DNA of 64,000 bases from Candidatus Omnitrophota bacterium (GTDB lineage Bacteria > Omnitrophota > Gorgyraeia > Zapsychrales > Aceulaceae), in the NCBI GenBank assembly GCA_028693815.1, contig JAQUUP010000001.1, positions 72,433-136,432 of the forward strand, given 5' to 3'. This document shows positions 41,593 through 53,240 of the stretch, piece after piece (the first letter of the stretch is position 1; each line of letters starts with the position of its first letter). The translations under genes were made by a program, and so were the position numbers. A model generated the notes under the pieces. It did no database searches and had not been told where the DNA came from. It saw nothing but the letters and a program-made list of their open reading frames with translations.

Positions 41593-44046
41593 ATGAAAGA
41601 TTTTACGACGAAAGAAAAAATACTCCCAGTTAACATTGAAGAAGAAATGAAGACGTCTTATCTTTCTTATGCGATGAGCGTTATTGTTAGCCGTGCATTG
41701 CCAGATGTTCGAGATGGGCTTAAACCAGTTCATCGACGAGTATTGTATGCAATGAAAGAATTAGGCCTTGAACACAGCAAGAGTTATAAAAAAAGTGCGC
41801 GTATCGTTGGTGAGGTTTTAGGTAAATATCATCCTCATGGAGACACAGCTGTTTATGATACGATTGTGCGTTTGGCTCAAGATTTTTCTATGCGCTATCC
41901 ATTGGTAGATGGTCAAGGAAATTTCGGGTCTGTAGATGGAGATTCTGCGGCAGCTATGCGCTATACTGAAATACGCATGGAATCAATTTCCGAAGAAATC
42001 TTAAAAGATTTAGAGAAAAAAACAGTTGATTTTAGTCCAAATTTTGACAACACTCTCCAGGAGCCGCAAGTATTGCCATCGGCAATCCCTAATCTTTTAG
42101 TTAATGGATCAAGCGGCATTGCTGTTGGGATGGCAACAAATATGGCGCCTCATAACCTAGAAGAAATTTCTGACGGAATTATTGCTCTTTTGGACAAACC
42201 AGAAACAACGATTAAAGAATTAATGAAGTATGTTAAAGGACCAGATTTTCCAACGGCAGGCATTATTTGCGGACGCCAAGGTATTGTAGATGCATATACA
42301 ACTGGACGAGGAAAAATTACTTTAAGAGCGAAAGCTGTGATTGAGAGGCAAAAAGGAAGCAAGGATAGGATTGTTGTTACAGAGCTTCCCTATCAAGTTA
42401 ACAAAGCTAATCTAGTTGAAAACATAGCGCATCTTGTGCAGGATAAAAAAGTAGATGGCATTACAGATCTTCGAGACGAATCTGATAAAGACGGTATTCG
42501 GGTTGTTGTTGATCTTCGTCGAGATGTGCAGCCAGAAATTATTCTAAATTATCTTTATAAACACACTCAGATGGAGACAACTTTTGGAATTATTAATTTA
42601 GCACTAACGAATAATCAGCCTAGAGTTTTAAATCTTAAGCAGTTAATGAATTATTTTCTAGAACATCGTCGTGTTATTATTAGAAGACGAACCCAATTTG
42701 ATCTTGATAAAGCGCTGCGCCGAGCACACATTCTTGAAGGATTAAAAATTGCTTTAAAATTTATCAATCAAATTATTAAAACAATCAAAGAGTCTAAGAC
42801 AGCGCAAGAAGCCAAAAAAGCATTGATGAAGAATTTTGATCTTTCAGAGATTCAAGCGCAAGCTATTCTTGAAATGCAGTTGCAGAGATTAACGGCTCTT
42901 GAACAAGATAGATTGGAATCAGAATATAAAGAACTTTTAAAAAATATTGAGATGTTTCGGTCTATTTTAGGGTCAGAAAAGAAAATAGATGGAATTATTA
43001 AAGAAGAAATTCTTTATATAAAAAAGAAATATGCCGATGAGAGGCGAACGGAAATTGCTGGGAAAGCCGAAGAAATTGAGGTTGAAGATTTGATTGCGGA
43101 AGAAGATATGGCCATCACAATTAGTCATACAGGATATATTAAAAGACTTAGCGTTGATGCTTATCGTAAACAAAAACGTGGAGGAAAAGGTGTTTCAGCG
43201 ATGACAACAAAAGAAGAGGATTTTGTTGAGCATTTGTTTGTTGCTTCATCGAAAGATTATCTTTTGATTTTTTCTGATAAGGGAATTGTTCGTTGGCTTA
43301 AAGTTTACGAAATTCCGGTTGCATCACGTAATTCTAAAGGAAAGGCGATTGTTAACCTTCTTTCTGTTGGAGCTGATGAGCGCATTAGTTCGATTGTGGC
43401 GGTCAAAGAGTTTAGTGACGAAAAGTTTGTTATTGCGACAACAGCGCAAGGAAACATTAAAAAAACAAAACTCTCTGCTTACAGCAATCCTCGAAAAGGA
43501 GGCATTGTTGGAATTACCTTAGAAAAAGGAGATGTTTTGATTGGAACCGATATTAGTGACAGCAGCTGTGAGGTTCTTTTAGCTACCAGGGAAGGAAAAG
43601 CTGTTCGGTTTCATGAAAAACAAATTCGGGATATGGGGCGAAGTGCCAAGGGTGTTCGCGGCATTCGATTAGGGAAAAAAGATGCTGTTGTGAGTATGGA
43701 GGTTATGTCTCCTGGTATCGAAAAAACAGGAAGCACATTTTTAAGCGTAACTTCTAAGGGGTTTGCGAAACGGACAGATTTTTGTGATTATCGCCAGCAA
43801 TCGAGAGGCGGGAAAGGAATTATCAATATTAGTGTCACGGAAAAGAATGGACATGTTGTTCGAAGTCTTTCTGCAACGCCAGAAGATGAGATTATGGCTA
43901 TGACTAAAAAAGGGATGGTTGTTAGATGCTCTGTTAAGGATATTCGGCAAACAGGGCGTAATACGCAAGGAGTCAGGCTGATCAATTTGGACAAAGATGA
44001 CGTTGTTAGTTCTGTTGCAAGTGTTGTAGCTAAAGAAGAGGAGTAA
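41593..44046 (+). CDS. gyrA: DNA gyrase subunit A
   Basis: The [22 protein letters not shown] block spans the catalytic Tyr and the QRDR. C-terminal beta-pinwheel repeats. Confidence 0.95.
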   Translation: MKDFTTKEKILPVNIEEEMKTSYLSYAMSVIVSRALPDVRDGLKPVHRRVLYAMKELGLEHSKSYKKSARIVGEVLGKYHPHGDTAVYDTIVRLAQDFSMRYPLVDGQGNFGSVDGDSAAAMRYTEIRMESISEEILKDLEKKTVDFSPNFDNTLQEPQVLPSAIPNLLVNGSSGIAVGMATNMAPHNLEEISDGIIALLDKPETTIKELMKYVKGPDFPTAGIICGRQGIVDAYTTGRGKITLRAKAVIERQKGSKDRIVVTELPYQVNKANLVENIAHLVQDKKVDGITDLRDESDKDGIRVVVDLRRDVQPEIILNYLYKHTQMETTFGIINLALTNNQPRVLNLKQLMNYFLEHRRVIIRRRTQFDLDKALRRAHILEGLKIALKFINQIIKTIKESKTAQEAKKALMKNFDLSEIQAQAILEMQLQRLTALEQDRLESEYKELLKNIEMFRSILGSEKKIDGIIKEEILYIKKKYADERRTEIAGKAEEIEVEDLIAEEDMAITISHTGYIKRLSVDAYRKQKRGGKGVSAMTTKEEDFVEHLFVASSKDYLLIFSDKGIVRWLKVYEIPVASRNSKGKAIVNLLSVGADERISSIVAVKEFSDEKFVIATTAQGNIKKTKLSAYSNPRKGGIVGITLEKGDVLIGTDISDSSCEVLLATREGKAVRFHEKQIRDMGRSAKGVRGIRLGKKDAVVSMEVMSPGIEKTGSTFLSVTSKGFAKRTDFCDYRQQSRGGKGIINISVTEKNGHVVRSLSATPEDEIMAMTKKGMVVRCSVKDIRQTGRNTQGVRLINLDKDDVVSSVASVVAKEEE

Positions 44047-44063
44047 AAGGAAAATATTTTTTC

Positions 44064-44091
44064 TTGACTGTGTTAGTTTTTTGTTTATAAT
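44064..44091 (+). promoter_or_regulatory. Sigma70-like promoter (TTGACT, 16 nt spacer, TATAAT) upstream of tRNA-Glu
   Basis: cTTGACTgtgttagttttttgttTATAATg. Confidence 0.35.
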
Positions 44092-44130
44092 GCTGAAACA
44101 TAAATTTAAGACTCTATCGTTAAATGAGCC

Positions 44131-44200
44131 TCAAGTTTATGAAGCGTTAGCGTTCATAAACTTGACAGGCGAATTTACCCCGCATGCGAAGCGTGTCGGG
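44131..44200 (-). repeat. 13-bp perfect hairpin plus reverse-orientation copy of the 31-nt tRNA-associated element (RC: CCGACACGCTTCGCATGCGGGGTAAATTCGCCTG)
   Basis: tcaagtttatgaa-gcgttagcg-ttcataaacttga (44131-44165). Bases 44166-44200 are about 28/31 identical to the element at 29292-29322 after reverse complement. Confidence 0.55.
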
Positions 44201-44214
44201 CAAAAGATATTTAA

Positions 44215-44288
44215 GACCCCATCGTCTAGCCTGGTTAGGACACAAGCTTTTCAAGCTTGCAGCACGGGTTCAAATCCCGTTGGGGTCG
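44215..44288 (+). tRNA. tRNA-Glu (anticodon UUC)
   Basis: GACCCCATCGTCTAGCCTGGTTAGGACACAAGCTTTTCAAGCTTGCAGCACGGGTTCAAATCCCGTTGGGGTCG. Glu-type GTCTAG D-loop. Confidence 0.8.
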
Positions 44289-44324
44289 CTTTTGTGGCTC
44301 TGAAGGAAATTCCTTCAGAGCCAT

Positions 44325-46304
44325 TTGTTTTATCTGAGAAACAGGGGATTTGATGTGGATAATTTGAAAGAGGAAATAAAAAAAAGTGCTATTGACAAGA
44401 TAGCTTTTGTTTCGCTAGGGATTTATCTTTTTTTGTTTTCTGTGGTTGCAGTTTTGAGATATCACTTCTTTTCTTTTGTTGATTTTGATTTTGCAATATA
44501 TGCACAAGTTATGTGGAATATGCTGCATGAAACCCTACATAGTTCGCTTTTGGGCGTCTCTTTTTTAGAAAACCATATAAGTCTTATTCTTTTTTTTATT
44601 TTTCCTTTTTATTTTGTGCTTAAAACACCTGCTTGCCTTCTTGTTTTTCAAGTGTTTGCTATTTTTGTTGGCGGGCATCTTTTTTATCGTTTTGCTTCTC
44701 AAATTATTGGGCGAGCATGGGCGGTTGCCTTACTCGCGCTATATTTAACATATCCGCCGTTAATATATGCAAATCTTTATGAATTTCATCCTGTTGTTCT
44801 AACTATTCCTTTTTTAATGTTGGCATTGATTTCTTATCAAAAAAAGGAATTTGCTATTTTCTTGCTTTCTTGTTTTTTTGCGATGCTATGCAAAGAGAAC
44901 ATTCCTTTGGCTGTTTCAATGTTTGGGATATTGGCGTTTTTTGATAAAAGATCTGTCAGGTGGATCTTAATACCGTTTTTTTTAGGTTTTTTTGTTTTCT
45001 TTTTCTTTACTGTTATTATTAAATCTTATCTGGACAGTAACTCATTAAATTATTTTTTGATTTATCAGCAAATCGGAGGGACCCCTGAGGGTATTTTTAG
45101 AAATATTCTTTCTTCTCCATATAAAATTATAGGAATGCTGTTTTCGTTAGATAATTTCTTTCTTGTTTTTCAGATGTTTTTGTCGGTAGCGTTCTTTCCT
45201 CTGTTTTCTTTAAAAATGCTTGTTCCAGCCTTTCCTTTATTTTTGCAGCATTTTTTGTCCAACAGACTTTTGGAAAAAACAATTTTTTTCCATTATTCTG
45301 CGAAATTTGTTCCGTTTTTATTTATTTCGTCAGCTTACGGACTCAAACAATTGATTTCAAAATCTTCTGTAAAGAAGAGAAAAATAGTTGGAATTTTAAT
45401 AGTAATTATTTGTTTTTTTAATATTTATTTTGTAGTAAACACAAATTCCGGGAGAAGAAATATTGATGTATGGAAAGAAGTGTTTTGTGTTTTTCAGCGG
45501 GAGCATCAAAGGAAAATTTATCAAGAAAAAATTGACCTCATTCCGGCAGAAGCTTCTGTGGCTTCAACATTTCGTTTTCTTCCAAAGCTTTCTCAGAGAA
45601 AGAACGTTTATTCGTTTCATTATTTTCTCCAAGGAACGTATATCATGTCTTTAAAAGAATATCCTTGGCCAAAAAGCGTGGACTATGCGCTTGTTGATTT
45701 TGATGATGAGTTTGCTTTTTCCTTTAAAAGCAAGGATGCAGACAAAAATTTAAACAAGTTTTTTATGACTACCTACAATTGGGAAGTTGTTGATTTTGAA
45801 GAATCGACAGTTTTATTTAAAGCTTCTAAGAACAGTAATTTTTCTTCTTTGTTTGAAATTTTGGGTGAAAAAGAAAGCCCAAATTTAAATATTAAAGGCA
45901 AGATAAAAGATGATATAGAGCTTTTAGGATTTGATTTTGACATCCAAGAGAAAGAGTGTTGCACAGAGGTTCTTTTTTTCTTTTATTGGAAGTGCTTAAG
46001 ACCAACCAGAAATGATTATAATGCAAGCGTTGCTATTGTTGATGCTCAGGGAAAAGTGAGTCACCAGCAAAGAAAATATACATGTTATCGTCTTTATCCG
46101 ACATATCAATGGAAAAAAGGGGAAGTTGTCAAAGAAAAGTATCGCTATTGTTTGCCTCGATCTTTTTTTAAAGAAAAGAATTTTTTAAAAATGATAATTA
46201 TGGACGACACAAATAAAGAGTTTATTAAAATAGAGTCAGAGTATAAAAAAAGATTTGATTCTGACGGGAATTTAATATTGTTTAATGGAAAAAAAATGAA
46301 ATGA
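44325..46304 (+). CDS. Large membrane protein (N-terminal polytopic domain of about 330 aa plus soluble C-terminal domain), possibly DUF2079/GT-C-like. Start codon uncertain.
   Basis: Multiple TM helices, then a hydrophilic C-terminal half. The family call is from general architecture only. Confidence 0.4.
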   Translation: MFYLRNRGFDVDNLKEEIKKSAIDKIAFVSLGIYLFLFSVVAVLRYHFFSFVDFDFAIYAQVMWNMLHETLHSSLLGVSFLENHISLILFFIFPFYFVLKTPACLLVFQVFAIFVGGHLFYRFASQIIGRAWAVALLALYLTYPPLIYANLYEFHPVVLTIPFLMLALISYQKKEFAIFLLSCFFAMLCKENIPLAVSMFGILAFFDKRSVRWILIPFFLGFFVFFFFTVIIKSYLDSNSLNYFLIYQQIGGTPEGIFRNILSSPYKIIGMLFSLDNFFLVFQMFLSVAFFPLFSLKMLVPAFPLFLQHFLSNRLLEKTIFFHYSAKFVPFLFISSAYGLKQLISKSSVKKRKIVGILIVIICFFNIYFVVNTNSGRRNIDVWKEVFCVFQREHQRKIYQEKIDLIPAEASVASTFRFLPKLSQRKNVYSFHYFLQGTYIMSLKEYPWPKSVDYALVDFDDEFAFSFKSKDADKNLNKFFMTTYNWEVVDFEESTVLFKASKNSNFSSLFEILGEKESPNLNIKGKIKDDIELLGFDFDIQEKECCTEVLFFFYWKCLRPTRNDYNASVAIVDAQGKVSHQQRKYTCYRLYPTYQWKKGEVVKEKYRYCLPRSFFKEKNFLKMIIMDDTNKEFIKIESEYKKRFDSDGNLILFNGKKMK

Positions 46305-47206
46305 AAAATAATCAAGAATGTCCCCTTTGCGGCCTTCAAAAAAACAGAATTGTTTATAAAGAATTATCGAAGGGGTTAAAGGAAGGAGTCGATCAGGGTT
46401 ATCGGATTTCTGAGGGAAAGCTTCAAAAACCAGAAGAAGTCTATCAGTGTGATGTTTGCAATTTTATTTTTGCTGGTAAAGACAGATCGAGCACATTTTA
46501 TTTGAAGCAATACGAAGACATGATTGATGAAGATTATTTAAAAGAAGAGCAAGGGCGGCGTGAGGCAGCGCGAATAATTATTAAAAAGATTGAAAAACAT
46601 AAAAAACGCGGAAAACTTTTAGATATAGGGTGTGCAAATGGATTTTTTCTTGATGAAGCAAGAAAGAGAGGCTGGGAAGTTTTTGGTGTTGAGGTGTCTC
46701 AATGGGCGCTTGATTATGCTAAAGAAAAATTAAATCTTAATGTTTTTAAAGGGCCATTAAAAAACGCTAGCTTAAAAGAAGGATCTTTTGATGTTGTTGT
46801 TATGATGGATGTCATTGAGCATCTTCAAGAACCCAGAAAGCAACTTGAACAGATAAAAAAAATACTTAAAAAAGATGGGATTCTCTATATTAGCACTCCG
46901 GACATTTCTAGTTTTGCGAGTCGAATTTTAAGAGCTAAATGGTGGGGAATTAACAGAGCACATCTTGTTTATTTCTCGAAAGAAACATTTCAAAAAATGT
47001 TGACATTATGTGGGTTTAAAATAAGCCGTTATTATTCTCATGTGAGAATTTTTTCTTTTTCCTATTGGGCGAAAAGAATTAGTCAGTATGATATGCCAGG
47101 GATTTTAAAAATATTTAATTTTATTTCTAAAAAAAGTAGTTTTGGGAAAATAAAGATAAAAATAAATCTACACGATCAAATTGAAGCGGTGGCTTTTAAA
47201 AAATAA
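46301..47206 (+). CDS. Class I SAM-dependent methyltransferase with N-terminal Cys4 zinc ribbon
   Basis: CPLCG...CDVCNF. Motif I LLDIGCANGFF. Post-I acidic residue. Confidence 0.75.
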   Translation: MKNNQECPLCGLQKNRIVYKELSKGLKEGVDQGYRISEGKLQKPEEVYQCDVCNFIFAGKDRSSTFYLKQYEDMIDEDYLKEEQGRREAARIIIKKIEKHKKRGKLLDIGCANGFFLDEARKRGWEVFGVEVSQWALDYAKEKLNLNVFKGPLKNASLKEGSFDVVVMMDVIEHLQEPRKQLEQIKKILKKDGILYISTPDISSFASRILRAKWWGINRAHLVYFSKETFQKMLTLCGFKISRYYSHVRIFSFSYWAKRISQYDMPGILKIFNFISKKSSFGKIKIKINLHDQIEAVAFKK

Positions 47207-47218
47207 AAAGGAGGAGCT

Positions 47219-47749
47219 ATGAATTTTTGTAATTGTTTTAAAAAGATTAAAGAAGATCACCTGTTGCTAGAAAAGAATTTTTCTTCTGAAGCATGCTGGA
47301 AGCTATCAACAGCGCTCCAAGAGGCTGACAATGAACTAAGGGAAGGAATTCAGGAGTTAACAAAAATCGAAGTAAAAAAGATTATTAATAAGCTTGTTGG
47401 TAACCAGAGTCTTTCGTCTGAGGAGCTAGAATATCTGAAATTGTGGATTGTTGGAGATGCGGATTATTATATAAAAATGGAAAATAATTTTGAAGAGTGG
47501 GTAAGAGAGGTGAAACGATTAATCGACGAGATTAACAAAGAAACAAAAGATAATATGGATTTTGTCTGTGCAGGAAAGATTCAGGGGATGGTCCGTGATG
47601 TGATCCGGACATTAGGTGATGTTTTATTTTATCTTCAAAGCAAAGAAAGGCTTGAAAAATTTAAAGAAGCGACAAAAAAAATAGACAATGAAGAACGTGC
47701 GCTTTTGATTGACCTTCTTCAGCACAAAATGAATTCACCAAAAGTTTAA
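47219..47749 (+). CDS. Hypothetical protein
   Basis: 176-aa helical ORF with no recognised motif. Retained on length and operon position. Confidence 0.35.
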   Translation: MNFCNCFKKIKEDHLLLEKNFSSEACWKLSTALQEADNELREGIQELTKIEVKKIINKLVGNQSLSSEELEYLKLWIVGDADYYIKMENNFEEWVREVKRLIDEINKETKDNMDFVCAGKIQGMVRDVIRTLGDVLFYLQSKERLEKFKEATKKIDNEERALLIDLLQHKMNSPKV

Positions 47750-47784
47750 TTATTCATAGAAACATTTTTAGAAAAGGAAAAAAG

Positions 47785-49176
47785 ATGAACGAGAAAAAGA
47801 TTTTTTTAAATGAAAAGGATATCCCAAAAAAGTGGTATAACTTAGCGGCAGATTTGCCCACTTCAGTTTTGCCTCCTTTGGGGCCAGATGGAAAACCAAT
47901 TACCCCGGATATGTTAGGGGCTATTTTCCCAATGAATTTAATTGATCAAGAAGTTTCTACTGAGCGTTGGATAGACATTCCTGACGAGATATTAGAAATT
48001 CTTTATCGGTGGAGACCTGCTCCTCTTAGAAGGGCAGTTTATTTAGAAAAATATTTAAATACACCGGCAAGAATTTACTATAAAGATGAAAGCGTTTCGC
48101 CTGCTGGAAGCCATAAACCGAATACAGCGGTTGCGCAAGCTTGGTATAATAAACAATTTGGAACAAAAAAACTAACAACTGAAACAGGTGCTGGCCAGTG
48201 GGGGAGTGCTTTGTCTTTTGTTTGTGGTCTTGTTGGGCTGGAGTGCAAGGTTTATATGGTGCGTGTGAGCTTTGATCAAAAGCCGTTAAGAAAAGCAATG
48301 ATGGCAACATGGGGAGGACGATGTATTGCAAGCCCTAGCAGCGAAACAGAAGTTGGAAGAAAAATTTTAAAAGAAATGCCAGATACGCCAGGAAGTCTTG
48401 GGATTGCTATTAGCGAAGCTATTGAAGAAGCGGTATCAGATAAAACAGGGCAAACTAAATATTCTTTAGGAAGCGTTTTAAATCATGTTATGTTACACCA
48501 GACAATTATTGGGTTAGAAGCTAAAAAGCAACTTGAAATTGCCGGTGAAAAAAAGGTAGATGTTGTGATTGGATGTGCAGGCGGAGGAAGTAATTTTGCA
48601 GGACTTGCATTTCCTTTCGTTAATGACAAAATTCACGGGGAAAAGATAGAGATTATTCCTGTTGAGCCACTGGCTTGCCCTAAAATGACTAGAGGAATTT
48701 TTTCGTATGATTTTGGGGACTGTGCCGGCATGACTCCACTTTTAGCTATGTATTCACTCGGTCATGGGTTTATTCCAGCACCAATACATGCAGGAGGGTT
48801 AAGATATCATGGAATGGCTCCACTTGTCAGCCAGGCCATTGTTGAAGGTTTGATGAAGCCAAAGGCGTATGATCAGATCAAGTGCTATGAGTCTGCCCTT
48901 CTTTGGGCAAAGACAGAAGGTACAATTTGTGCGCCAGAAACAAGTCATGCTATAGCGTGCGCTATTGATGAAGCTATTAAAGCAAAGGAAGAGGGAAAAG
49001 AAAAAGTAATTCTTTTTAATTATAGTGGGCATGGACTTATGGATTTGCTTGGTTATGAAAAATTCTTAGCCGGGAAGCTCGAACCGTATTCTTTGTCTGA
49101 TAAAGAGCTTGAAAAATCAATTGATCAAATTAAGGATTTGCCAAAAGCTGAAGAAAGAAAAACCGGAAAGTGGTAG
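47785..49176 (+). CDS. TrpB-like PLP-dependent enzyme (COG1350 family paralog of tryptophan synthase beta)
   Basis: The [15 protein letters not shown] lysine block and a GGGSNFAG glycine loop fit fold-type II PLP enzymes. Confidence 0.65.
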   Translation: MNEKKIFLNEKDIPKKWYNLAADLPTSVLPPLGPDGKPITPDMLGAIFPMNLIDQEVSTERWIDIPDEILEILYRWRPAPLRRAVYLEKYLNTPARIYYKDESVSPAGSHKPNTAVAQAWYNKQFGTKKLTTETGAGQWGSALSFVCGLVGLECKVYMVRVSFDQKPLRKAMMATWGGRCIASPSSETEVGRKILKEMPDTPGSLGIAISEAIEEAVSDKTGQTKYSLGSVLNHVMLHQTIIGLEAKKQLEIAGEKKVDVVIGCAGGGSNFAGLAFPFVNDKIHGEKIEIIPVEPLACPKMTRGIFSYDFGDCAGMTPLLAMYSLGHGFIPAPIHAGGLRYHGMAPLVSQAIVEGLMKPKAYDQIKCYESALLWAKTEGTICAPETSHAIACAIDEAIKAKEEGKEKVILFNYSGHGLMDLLGYEKFLAGKLEPYSLSDKELEKSIDQIKDLPKAEERKTGKW

Positions 49177-50168
49177 GAAATAAAAAAATAGATGTTATGT
49201 TTTATGAAGCTTTTGAGGAGGAGCAAAAGCTATTAAAAGAATTGTGCCCAGCACAAATAAATTCACAATTTACGTCTCAAACAATTCAAGAAAAAAAAGA
49301 CGAAGAACCACAGAGCACCTTCATTAGCATTCGGACACAATCGAAAATTCCCGATAATTGGGCGCAAAACCTAGAAGGCATTTTAACGAGAAGCACGGGA
49401 TATGACCATATTTTAGATTATGTTAATTGGACAGAAACATCTGCGCAAACAGGATATCTTCCTTGTTATTGTGCTCGCGCTGTTGGCGAACAGGCGCTGT
49501 TACTTGTGATGAGTCTTTTAAGAAAATTAAAAAAACAGATCAATAGTTTTGAAATATTTAATCGAGATGGATTGACGGGTCAAGAATGTCAGAATAAAAA
49601 TATTTTAGTTGTTGGCGTCGGGAGCATTGGATTAGAAATTGTTGATATTGCAAAAGGGTTGCGCATGAATGTAGCTGGTGTTGATATTAAAAAAAAGGTC
49701 AAAGATTTTAAATATATAAGCTTAGCGTCTGGACTCGCCTGGGCTGACATTGTTGTTTGTGCTCTTTCTTTGACCAAAGAAACAACCCGGATGTTAGGAT
49801 ATGAGGCGTTAAAGAATGTAAAAAAAGGAGCTATTTTTGTTAATATCGCTCGAGGAGAAATTTCTCCGCTCAAAGATTTAAAACAACTTTTAGATGAAGG
49901 TGTTTTGGCTGGTGTTGGATTAGATGTGTTTGAAGATGAAAAAAATATTGCTCATTTCTTAAGAAATTCTAAAAAGAAACCAGAAGATGAAATTGTTAAG
50001 ATTATAGAAGAATTTCAAAAAAGAGATGACGTTGTTCTAACACCACACAATGCGTTTAATACCAAGGAAGCCTTGAAAAGAAAAGCTGAGCAAACAATGG
50101 AATCTGTTGCTTTATTCTTAAAAGAAAAAAGATTTCCTTGTTCGGTGCCATTAATAGAGAGGAATTAA
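49170..50168 (+). CDS. D-isomer specific 2-hydroxyacid dehydrogenase family protein
   Basis: NAD-binding [11 protein letters not shown]. Catalytic-domain layout. Confidence 0.75.
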   Translation: MVGNKKIDVMFYEAFEEEQKLLKELCPAQINSQFTSQTIQEKKDEEPQSTFISIRTQSKIPDNWAQNLEGILTRSTGYDHILDYVNWTETSAQTGYLPCYCARAVGEQALLLVMSLLRKLKKQINSFEIFNRDGLTGQECQNKNILVVGVGSIGLEIVDIAKGLRMNVAGVDIKKKVKDFKYISLASGLAWADIVVCALSLTKETTRMLGYEALKNVKKGAIFVNIARGEISPLKDLKQLLDEGVLAGVGLDVFEDEKNIAHFLRNSKKKPEDEIVKIIEEFQKRDDVVLTPHNAFNTKEALKRKAEQTMESVALFLKEKRFPCSVPLIERN

Positions 50169-50175
50169 AGAAGAA

Positions 50176-50820
50176 ATGCTTAAAATTTATGGAGGAGACC
50201 TGTCTTCTTTTTGCAATAAAGTTCGGCTTGCTGCTAACGCGATGGGCATTGAATATGAATATATAAAAATTAATTTTAAAGATAAGCAGCACAAAACTCC
50301 TGAATTTTTGAAGATGCACCCTGCCGGAAAAATTCCTGTTATTGACGATGACGGTTTTATTGTTTTTGAAAGCAATGCGATTATTAAATATTTAGCTGAG
50401 AAAAATAATTCAGATCTTTATCCTGAAGATATAAAAAAGAAAGCAGAAGTTGACCAATGGATTGATTTTTGTTCGTTTCATGTGGGTAGTGCGATGGATA
50501 AAATTTTATTCAATAAAGTATTTGCTCCTCGTATTAAAGTTCCTGTTGACGAGCGCGCAATTCAAGACGGATATATGTTTTTGAATAGATATCTTCCTGT
50601 CATAGAAGAGCAGCTTGGAAAAAACAAGTTTCTTGCTGGAAGTCAAGCGACCTTGGCTGACATTAATCTTCTCGCTATCTTAGATCCATGCGAAGTAGCG
50701 GATATCGATCTTTTACCGTATGACAATCTTTCTCGGTGGAGAGAGATGCTTAAAAGGCAAGATTTTTATACAAAATGTTATAAAGAGTATGGAGAATCTC
50801 TTCCCCGTAGGGAAAAATAA
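50176..50820 (+). CDS. Glutathione S-transferase
   Basis: Thioredoxin-like N-domain ending in HPAGKIPVIDDDGF...ESNAIIKYL. Helical C-domain. Confidence 0.8.
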   Translation: MLKIYGGDLSSFCNKVRLAANAMGIEYEYIKINFKDKQHKTPEFLKMHPAGKIPVIDDDGFIVFESNAIIKYLAEKNNSDLYPEDIKKKAEVDQWIDFCSFHVGSAMDKILFNKVFAPRIKVPVDERAIQDGYMFLNRYLPVIEEQLGKNKFLAGSQATLADINLLAILDPCEVADIDLLPYDNLSRWREMLKRQDFYTKCYKEYGESLPRREK

Positions 50821-51602
50821 TGAAAATCGCACTTGTTCAATTTAAAACAGAAAAAGAAAAACAAAAAAATATTAATAAGGCTATTTGCTTTATTCAAAAG
50901 GCCGCGGCTAAAAAAGCAAAGCTTGTTCTTTTTCCAGAAGCGTTTTTGTCCTATATAAAAAAATCAGAGGACATTTTTCTGCAGGCAGAAGAAATTAAAG
51001 GATCGACGGTAAAACTGTTTATGCAGCAGGCAAAGGAGCTTAAGATTGCAATCTTGCTAGGTTCTGTTTACGAGAAAACAAAACGAACTAAAAAGGTTTA
51101 TAATACATCTCTTTTGATTAGCGATAGTGGAAAGATTTTATCAAAATATAGAAAAAGAAATTTATTTTTAGCGTGCATTAATGGTAAAAAAATTGATGAG
51201 TCTAAATATATTTCTTCAGGAACTTCTTTGACGACGGGTAAAATAGAAAATTTTAAATTCGGATTTTCTATTTGTTATGATTTGCGATTTGCAGACATGT
51301 ATGCTAAATATAGAAGCAAAGATGTGAACGTGTTTTTGGTCCCGTCTGCATTTACAAAGGTAACGGGACAAAAACATTGGGAAGTTCTCTTAAGGGCGCG
51401 GGCGATTGAAAATGGCTCTTATGTTTTGGCGCCTAATCAAGTTGGAACAAGTGGGCAAGGTATTGCTCTTCATGGAAACAGTATGGTTGTTGACCCGTCG
51501 GGAAAGATATTAAAGAAAGGGTCTGGGCACAAGGAAGAAATGTTTTATGTGGAGTTAAATTTAAAAGAATTAGAAAAGATAAAAAAGATTTTACCTCGCT
51601 AA
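50820..51602 (+). CDS. Carbon-nitrogen hydrolase family amidohydrolase
   Basis: E-K-C triad context (FPEAF, RKRNLF, SICYDLRF). Confidence 0.8.
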   Translation: MKIALVQFKTEKEKQKNINKAICFIQKAAAKKAKLVLFPEAFLSYIKKSEDIFLQAEEIKGSTVKLFMQQAKELKIAILLGSVYEKTKRTKKVYNTSLLISDSGKILSKYRKRNLFLACINGKKIDESKYISSGTSLTTGKIENFKFGFSICYDLRFADMYAKYRSKDVNVFLVPSAFTKVTGQKHWEVLLRARAIENGSYVLAPNQVGTSGQGIALHGNSMVVDPSGKILKKGSGHKEEMFYVELNLKELEKIKKILPR

Positions 51603-51659
51603 AGAGGAAAGTTTTTTAAAACGGTTTGTTGAATTTTTTGAATAAGGAATTTTAAAATT

Positions 51660-52637
51660 ATGAAAAAAAGTATTCGCGTTTGTGTAACAGGAGCTGCCGG
51701 GCAAATTGGATATGCTCTTGTTTTTCGTATTGCATCTGGAGAGATGTTCGGAAAAGATACGCAGGTTCATTTGAATTTGTTGGAGCTTCCTGGAAGCTTA
51801 GATGCGCTTTCAGGTGTTGTTATGGAATTAGATGACTGTGCTTTCCCTTTATTAAAGAGCGTTACTCAAACAGCGGATCTAAGCGTTGCTTTTAAAGATG
51901 TAGATTGGGCTCTTTTAGTTGGAAGCGTTCCAAGAAAAGAGGGGATGGAAAGAAGCGATCTTTTAAAGATTAACGGGAAAATTTTTGTTGAACAAGGGAA
52001 AGCTTTGGACGAAAATGCTAACCCGAATTGCAGGGTTTTAGTTGTTGGAAACCCTTGCAATACAAATGCTTACATAGTAAAGAGTGTTTGCAAAAAAATT
52101 CCAAAAGAGAACTTTTTTGCCATGACTATGCTGGATCAAAATAGAGCTGTTGCGCAAGTTGCGTGTAAGGCAAAAGTTTCCATTGATAGTGTTAAAAATT
52201 TAGGGATATGGGGAAATCATTCTGCAACGCAATATCCTGATTTTTACAATGCAATGATTAATGGCAAAAAAGCAATCGATGTGATTAAAGACGAAAAATG
52301 GATTCAAGAAACATTTTTAAGCGTTGTGCAAAAAAGAGGGGCAGCTATTCTTAAGGCAAGAGGAAAATCTTCAGCCGCTTCAGCCGCTAACGGAGTGGTT
52401 GACACAATAAAAAATCTTATAATGCCAACAGAAAAAGATTTATTCTTTTCTGTGGCGGTTTGTTCGGATGGAAGCTATGGTATTCCTGAAGGGCTTATGT
52501 TTAGTTTTCCTGTTCGGTCCGACGGAGAAAAATGGGAAATTGTAAAAAATATTTCTCTCAACGATTTTGCTAAAGCAAAAATAAAAATAACGCTTCAAGA
52601 GCTCGAAGAAGAAAAACAAAAAGCACAAGAAAATTAA
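51660..52637 (+). CDS. mdh: Malate dehydrogenase (LDH-like MDH2 type)
   Basis: [17 protein letters not shown] motif and a [10 protein letters not shown] block. Confidence 0.85.
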   Translation: MKKSIRVCVTGAAGQIGYALVFRIASGEMFGKDTQVHLNLLELPGSLDALSGVVMELDDCAFPLLKSVTQTADLSVAFKDVDWALLVGSVPRKEGMERSDLLKINGKIFVEQGKALDENANPNCRVLVVGNPCNTNAYIVKSVCKKIPKENFFAMTMLDQNRAVAQVACKAKVSIDSVKNLGIWGNHSATQYPDFYNAMINGKKAIDVIKDEKWIQETFLSVVQKRGAAILKARGKSSAASAANGVVDTIKNLIMPTEKDLFFSVAVCSDGSYGIPEGLMFSFPVRSDGEKWEIVKNISLNDFAKAKIKITLQELEEEKQKAQEN

Positions 52638-52658
52638 AAATGGATGGAGAATACATAA

Positions 52659-53165
52659 ATGGAAGAAAATAATTCTCAGCCACAAGAGGAAGAAAAAAAA
52701 GAAGTGGGAAATGAATCAGAGCTTGATAATTTAAAAAATGTTTTGGACAAAGCTGATCAAGAAGCAGAAAATTTGAGCATTGAATCAAAGGAAGATATCG
52801 TCGAAGAAGAGGAAGAGTTTTTAGGTGTGTCTCCTGAGGAAAAAGAACAAGATAGCGTAAAAGAATCGGCAATAGAAGAGCCGCAGCCTGCTTCAGAAAT
52901 CCTAGAAAGCGTTTCAGAAGATGCTCAAAATGTTGCTGCAGAAGAAGTTGCAGAGACTCCGAAAGAAGTTCAAGGTGAGCCGAAAGAAAATATTGAGCCT
53001 CAAGAGGGAAAAGAAGAAAAGTTAGATCAGGAATTAACAGAAGAAAAAGAAGCAATTTTGCAACAAGATCGGCAAAAAGATACGCATGAAACAAAACTAT
53101 CTTTTAACGAAAATGTAGATAAGCTTGATCAGATGATAAAAGATTTTAGCAAAAAAGAAGAATAA
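52659..53165 (+). CDS. Highly acidic, Glu-rich low-complexity protein immediately upstream of the pilus locus
   Basis: 168 aa, about a third Glu/Asp. Its own RBS region. The antisense Leu-rich ORF 52570..53094 is treated as a mirror artefact. Confidence 0.4.
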   Translation: MEENNSQPQEEEKKEVGNESELDNLKNVLDKADQEAENLSIESKEDIVEEEEEFLGVSPEEKEQDSVKESAIEEPQPASEILESVSEDAQNVAAEEVAETPKEVQGEPKENIEPQEGKEEKLDQELTEEKEAILQQDRQKDTHETKLSFNENVDKLDQMIKDFSKKEE

Positions 53166-53240
53166 TTTTTTTCTAGAATTAGCTGTTTAATGATTTTTAG
53201 TGTATAATTAAAATAGTTCCATTTTTAAGAAAGGAAAGGC

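Noticed and set aside
44081-44353. 90-aa ORF
   Set aside because: Overlaps tRNA-Glu and the hairpin/31-nt element. No RBS. Intergenic artefact.
52570-53094. 174-aa Leu/Phe-rich ORF on the minus strand
   Set aside because: Lies entirely antisense to the Glu-rich acidic protein gene. GAA/GAG-rich codons read as TTC/CTC on the other strand. No RBS and a non-protein-like composition.
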